Assembly: GCA_964016885.1 (NCBI GenBank)
Contig: OZ024747.1
Coordinates: 53,506,001 to 53,570,000, forward strand
Source of the DNA: Eledone cirrhosa
Taxonomy: Eukaryota
Reading direction: 5' to 3'
DNA: 64,000 nt
Each line of letters starts with the position of its first letter. The first letter of the stretch is position 1. The position numbers were made by a program, and so were the translations under genes. A model generated the notes under the pieces. That model was not told the DNA's origin and did not search any database. It worked only from the letters and a program-made list of their open reading frames with translations. Below are positions 61,060 to 64,000 of this stretch, piece after piece.

Positions 61060-64000
61060 TGACAGTAAGTAGTAGCTGTAGAGGTGACAGTAAGTCAATA
61101 GCTATAGAGGTGACAGTAAGTCAATAACTGTAGAGGGTGTGACAGTAAGTCAATAGCTGTAGATGTGACAGTAAGTCAATAGCTGTAAAGGTGACAGTAA
61201 GTCAATAGCTGTAAAAGTGACAGTAAGTCAATAGCTCTAAAGGTGACAGTAAGTCAATAGCTGTAGAGGTGACAGTAAGTCAATAGCTGTACAGGGTGTG
61301 ACAGTAAGTTAATAGCTGTAGCGGTGACAGTAAGTCAATAACTGTAGAGGGTGTGACAATACGTCAATAACTGTAGAGTTTGTGACAGTAAATCAATAGC
61401 TGTAGAGGGTGTGACAGTAAGTCATTAGCTGTAGAGGTGACAGTAAGTCAATAGCTGTAGAGATGACAGTAAGTCAATAGCTGTAGAGGGTCTGACAGTA
61501 AGTCAACAGCTGTAAAGGTGACAGTAAATCAATAACTGTAGAGGGTATGACAGTAGGTCAACAGCTGTAGAGGGTGTGACAGTAAGTTAATAGTTGTAGC
61601 GGTGACAGTAAGTCAATAGCTGTAGATGTGATAGTAACTCAATAACTGTAGATGCGACAGTAAGTCAATAGCTGTATAGGTGACAATTAGTCAATAACTG
61701 TAGAGTATATGACAGTAAGTCAATAGCTGTAGAGTGTATGACAGTAAGTCAATAGCTGTAGAATGGGTGACAATAAGTCAATAGTTGTAGAGGGTGTGAC
61801 AGTAAACCAGTAGCTGTAGAGGTGACAGTAAGCCAGTAGCTGTAGAGGTGACAGTAAGCCAGTAGCTGTAGATGTGACAGTAGGCGAGTATCTGTAGAGG
61901 TGACAGTAAGCCAGTAGCTGTAGAGGTGACAGTAAGCCAGTAGCTGTAGAGGTGACAGTAAGCCAGTAGCTGTAGAGGTGACAGTAAACCAGTAGCTGTA
62001 GATGTGACAGTAAGCCAGTAGCTGTAGAGGTGACAGTAAACCAGTAGCTGTAGATGTGACAGTAAGCCAGTAGCTGTAGAGGTGACAGTAAGCCAGTAGC
62101 TGTAGAGGTGACAGTAAGCCAGTAGCTGTAGAGGTGACAGTAAGCCAGTAGCTGTAGAGGTGACAGTAGGCGAGTATCTGTAGAGGTGACAGTAAACCAG
62201 TAGCTGTAGAGGTGACAGTAGGCGAGTATCTGTAGAGGTGACAGTAAACCAGTAGCTGTAGAGGTGACAGTAAGCCACTAGCTGTAGAGGTGACAGTAAA
62301 CCAGTAGCTGTAGAGGTGACAGTAAGTCAGTAGCTGTAGAGATGACAGTAAACCAGTAGCAGTAGAGGTGACAGTAAACCAGTAGCTGTAGAGGTGACAG
62401 TAAGCCACTAGCTGTAGAGGTGACAGTAAGTCAGTAGCTGTAGAGATGACAGTAAACCAGTAGCAGTAGAGGTGACAGTAAGCCACTAGCTGTAGAGGTG
62501 ACAGTAAGTCAGTAGCTGTAGAGATGACAGTAAACCAGTAGCAGTAGAGGTGACAGTAAGCCACTAGCTGTAGAGGTGACAGTAAACCAGTAGCTGTAGA
62601 GGTGACAGTAAACCAGTAGCTGTAGAGGTGACAGTAAACCACTAGCTGTAGAGGTGACAGTAAGCCAGTAGCTGTAGAGGTGACAGTAAGCCAGTAGCTG
62701 TAGAGGTGACAGTAAACCAGTAGCTGTAGAGGTGACAGTAAGCCAGTAGCTGTAGAGGTGACAGTAAGCCACTAGCTGTAGAGATGACAGTAAACCAGTA
62801 GCTGTAGAGGTGACAGTAAGCCACTAGCTGTAGAGGTGACAGTAAGCCACTAGCTGTAGAGATGACAGTAAACCAGTAGCTGTAGAGGTGACAGTAAGCC
62901 ACTAGCTGTAGAGATGACAGTAAACCAGTAGCTGTAGAGGTGACAGTAAGCCACTAGCTGTAGAGGTGACAGTAAACCAGTAGCTGTAGATGTGACAGTA
63001 AACCAGTAGCTGTAGAGGTGACAGTAAGCCACTAGCTGTAGAGATGACAGTAAACCAGTAGCTGTAGAGGTGACAGTAAGCCACTAGCTGTAGAGGTGAC
63101 AGTAAGCCACTAGCTGTAGAGATGACAGTAAACCAGTAGCTGTAGAGGTGACAGTAAGCCACTAGCTGTAGAGATGACAGTAAACCAGTAGCTGTAGAGG
63201 TGACAGTAAGCCACTAGCTGTAGAGATGACAGTAAACCAGTAGCTGTAGAGGTGACAGTAAGCCAGTAGCTGTAGAGGTGACAGTAAGCCACTAGCTGTA
63301 GAGGTGACAGTAAGCCAGTAGCTGTAGAGATGACAGTAAACCAGTAGCTGTAGATGTGACAGTAAACCAGTAGCTGTAGAGGTGACAGTAAACCAGTAGC
63401 TGTAGAGGTGACAGTAAGCCACTAGCTGTAGAGGTGACAGTAAACCAGTAGCTGTAGAGGTGACAGTAAGCCAGTAGCTGTAGAGGTGACAGTAAACCAG
63501 TAGCTGTAGATGTGACAGTAAACCAGTAGCTGTAGAGGTGACAGTAAACCAGTAGCTGTAGAGGTGACAGTAAGCCACTAGCTGTAGAGGTGACAGTAAA
63601 CCAGTAGCTGTAGAGGTGACAGTAAGCCAGTAGCTGTAGAGGTGACAGTAAACCAGTAGCTGTAGAGGTGACAGTAAACCAGTAGCTGTAGAGGTGACAG
63701 TAAGCCAGTAGCTGTAGAGGTGACAGTAAACCAGTAGCTGTAGAGGTGACAGTAAGCCAGTAGCTGTAGAGGTGACAGTAAGCCAGTAGCTGTAGAGGTG
63801 ACAGTAAACCAGTAGCTGTAGAGGTGACAGTAAACCACTAGCTGTAGAGGTGACAGTAAACCAGTAGCTGTAGAGGTGACAGTAAACCAGTAGCTGTAGA
63901 GGTGACAGTAAGCCAGTAGCTGTAGAGGTGACAGTAAGCCACTAGCTGTAGAGGTGACAGTAAGCCAGTAGCTGTAGAGGTGACAGTAAACCAGTAGCTG
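61060..64000. repeat. 26-bp satellite array running off the window end
   Basis: Consensus gtagctgtagaggtgacagtaarcca. The proximal ~730 bp is diverged (26/28-bp units, agtcaata variant); the distal part is homogeneous. Confidence 0.97.

Overview
AT-rich, repeat-saturated eukaryotic intergenic/intronic DNA. The (TA)n/(ACAT)n microsatellite load and the SINE and RTE repertoire suggest a coleoid cephalopod (octopus-like), which is an inference. No host gene can be identified with confidence; there are only one or two candidate minus-strand exons. The one long real ORF (11803-14823) is a 5'-truncated but uninterrupted RTE-clade LINE polyprotein (APE endonuclease + RT) with a C4HC3 PHD-type finger inserted inside the RT. 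About a dozen decayed relatives and two tRNA-derived SINE families surround it, one of which borrows the RTE 3' end. Also present are CRE-like and R4/Dong-like RLE retrotransposon remnants, nested hAT MITEs, TTAA MITEs, a 13.5-kb 40-bp satellite with four higher-order periods, and 37-, 50- and 26-bp tandem arrays. The most notable hidden layer is non-coding. Short (TA)n-flanked, often fold-back elements at 1.5-4.8 kb carry minimal type-I hammerhead ribozyme motifs with palindromic stem III, most followed by a poly(A) hexamer, which is the signature of Penelope-like/retrozyme RNAs. Related fold-back elements lie at 10.6, 11.5 and 30.4 kb. Nearly all other ORF-track entries are translations of simple repeats or antisense shadows of LINEs.
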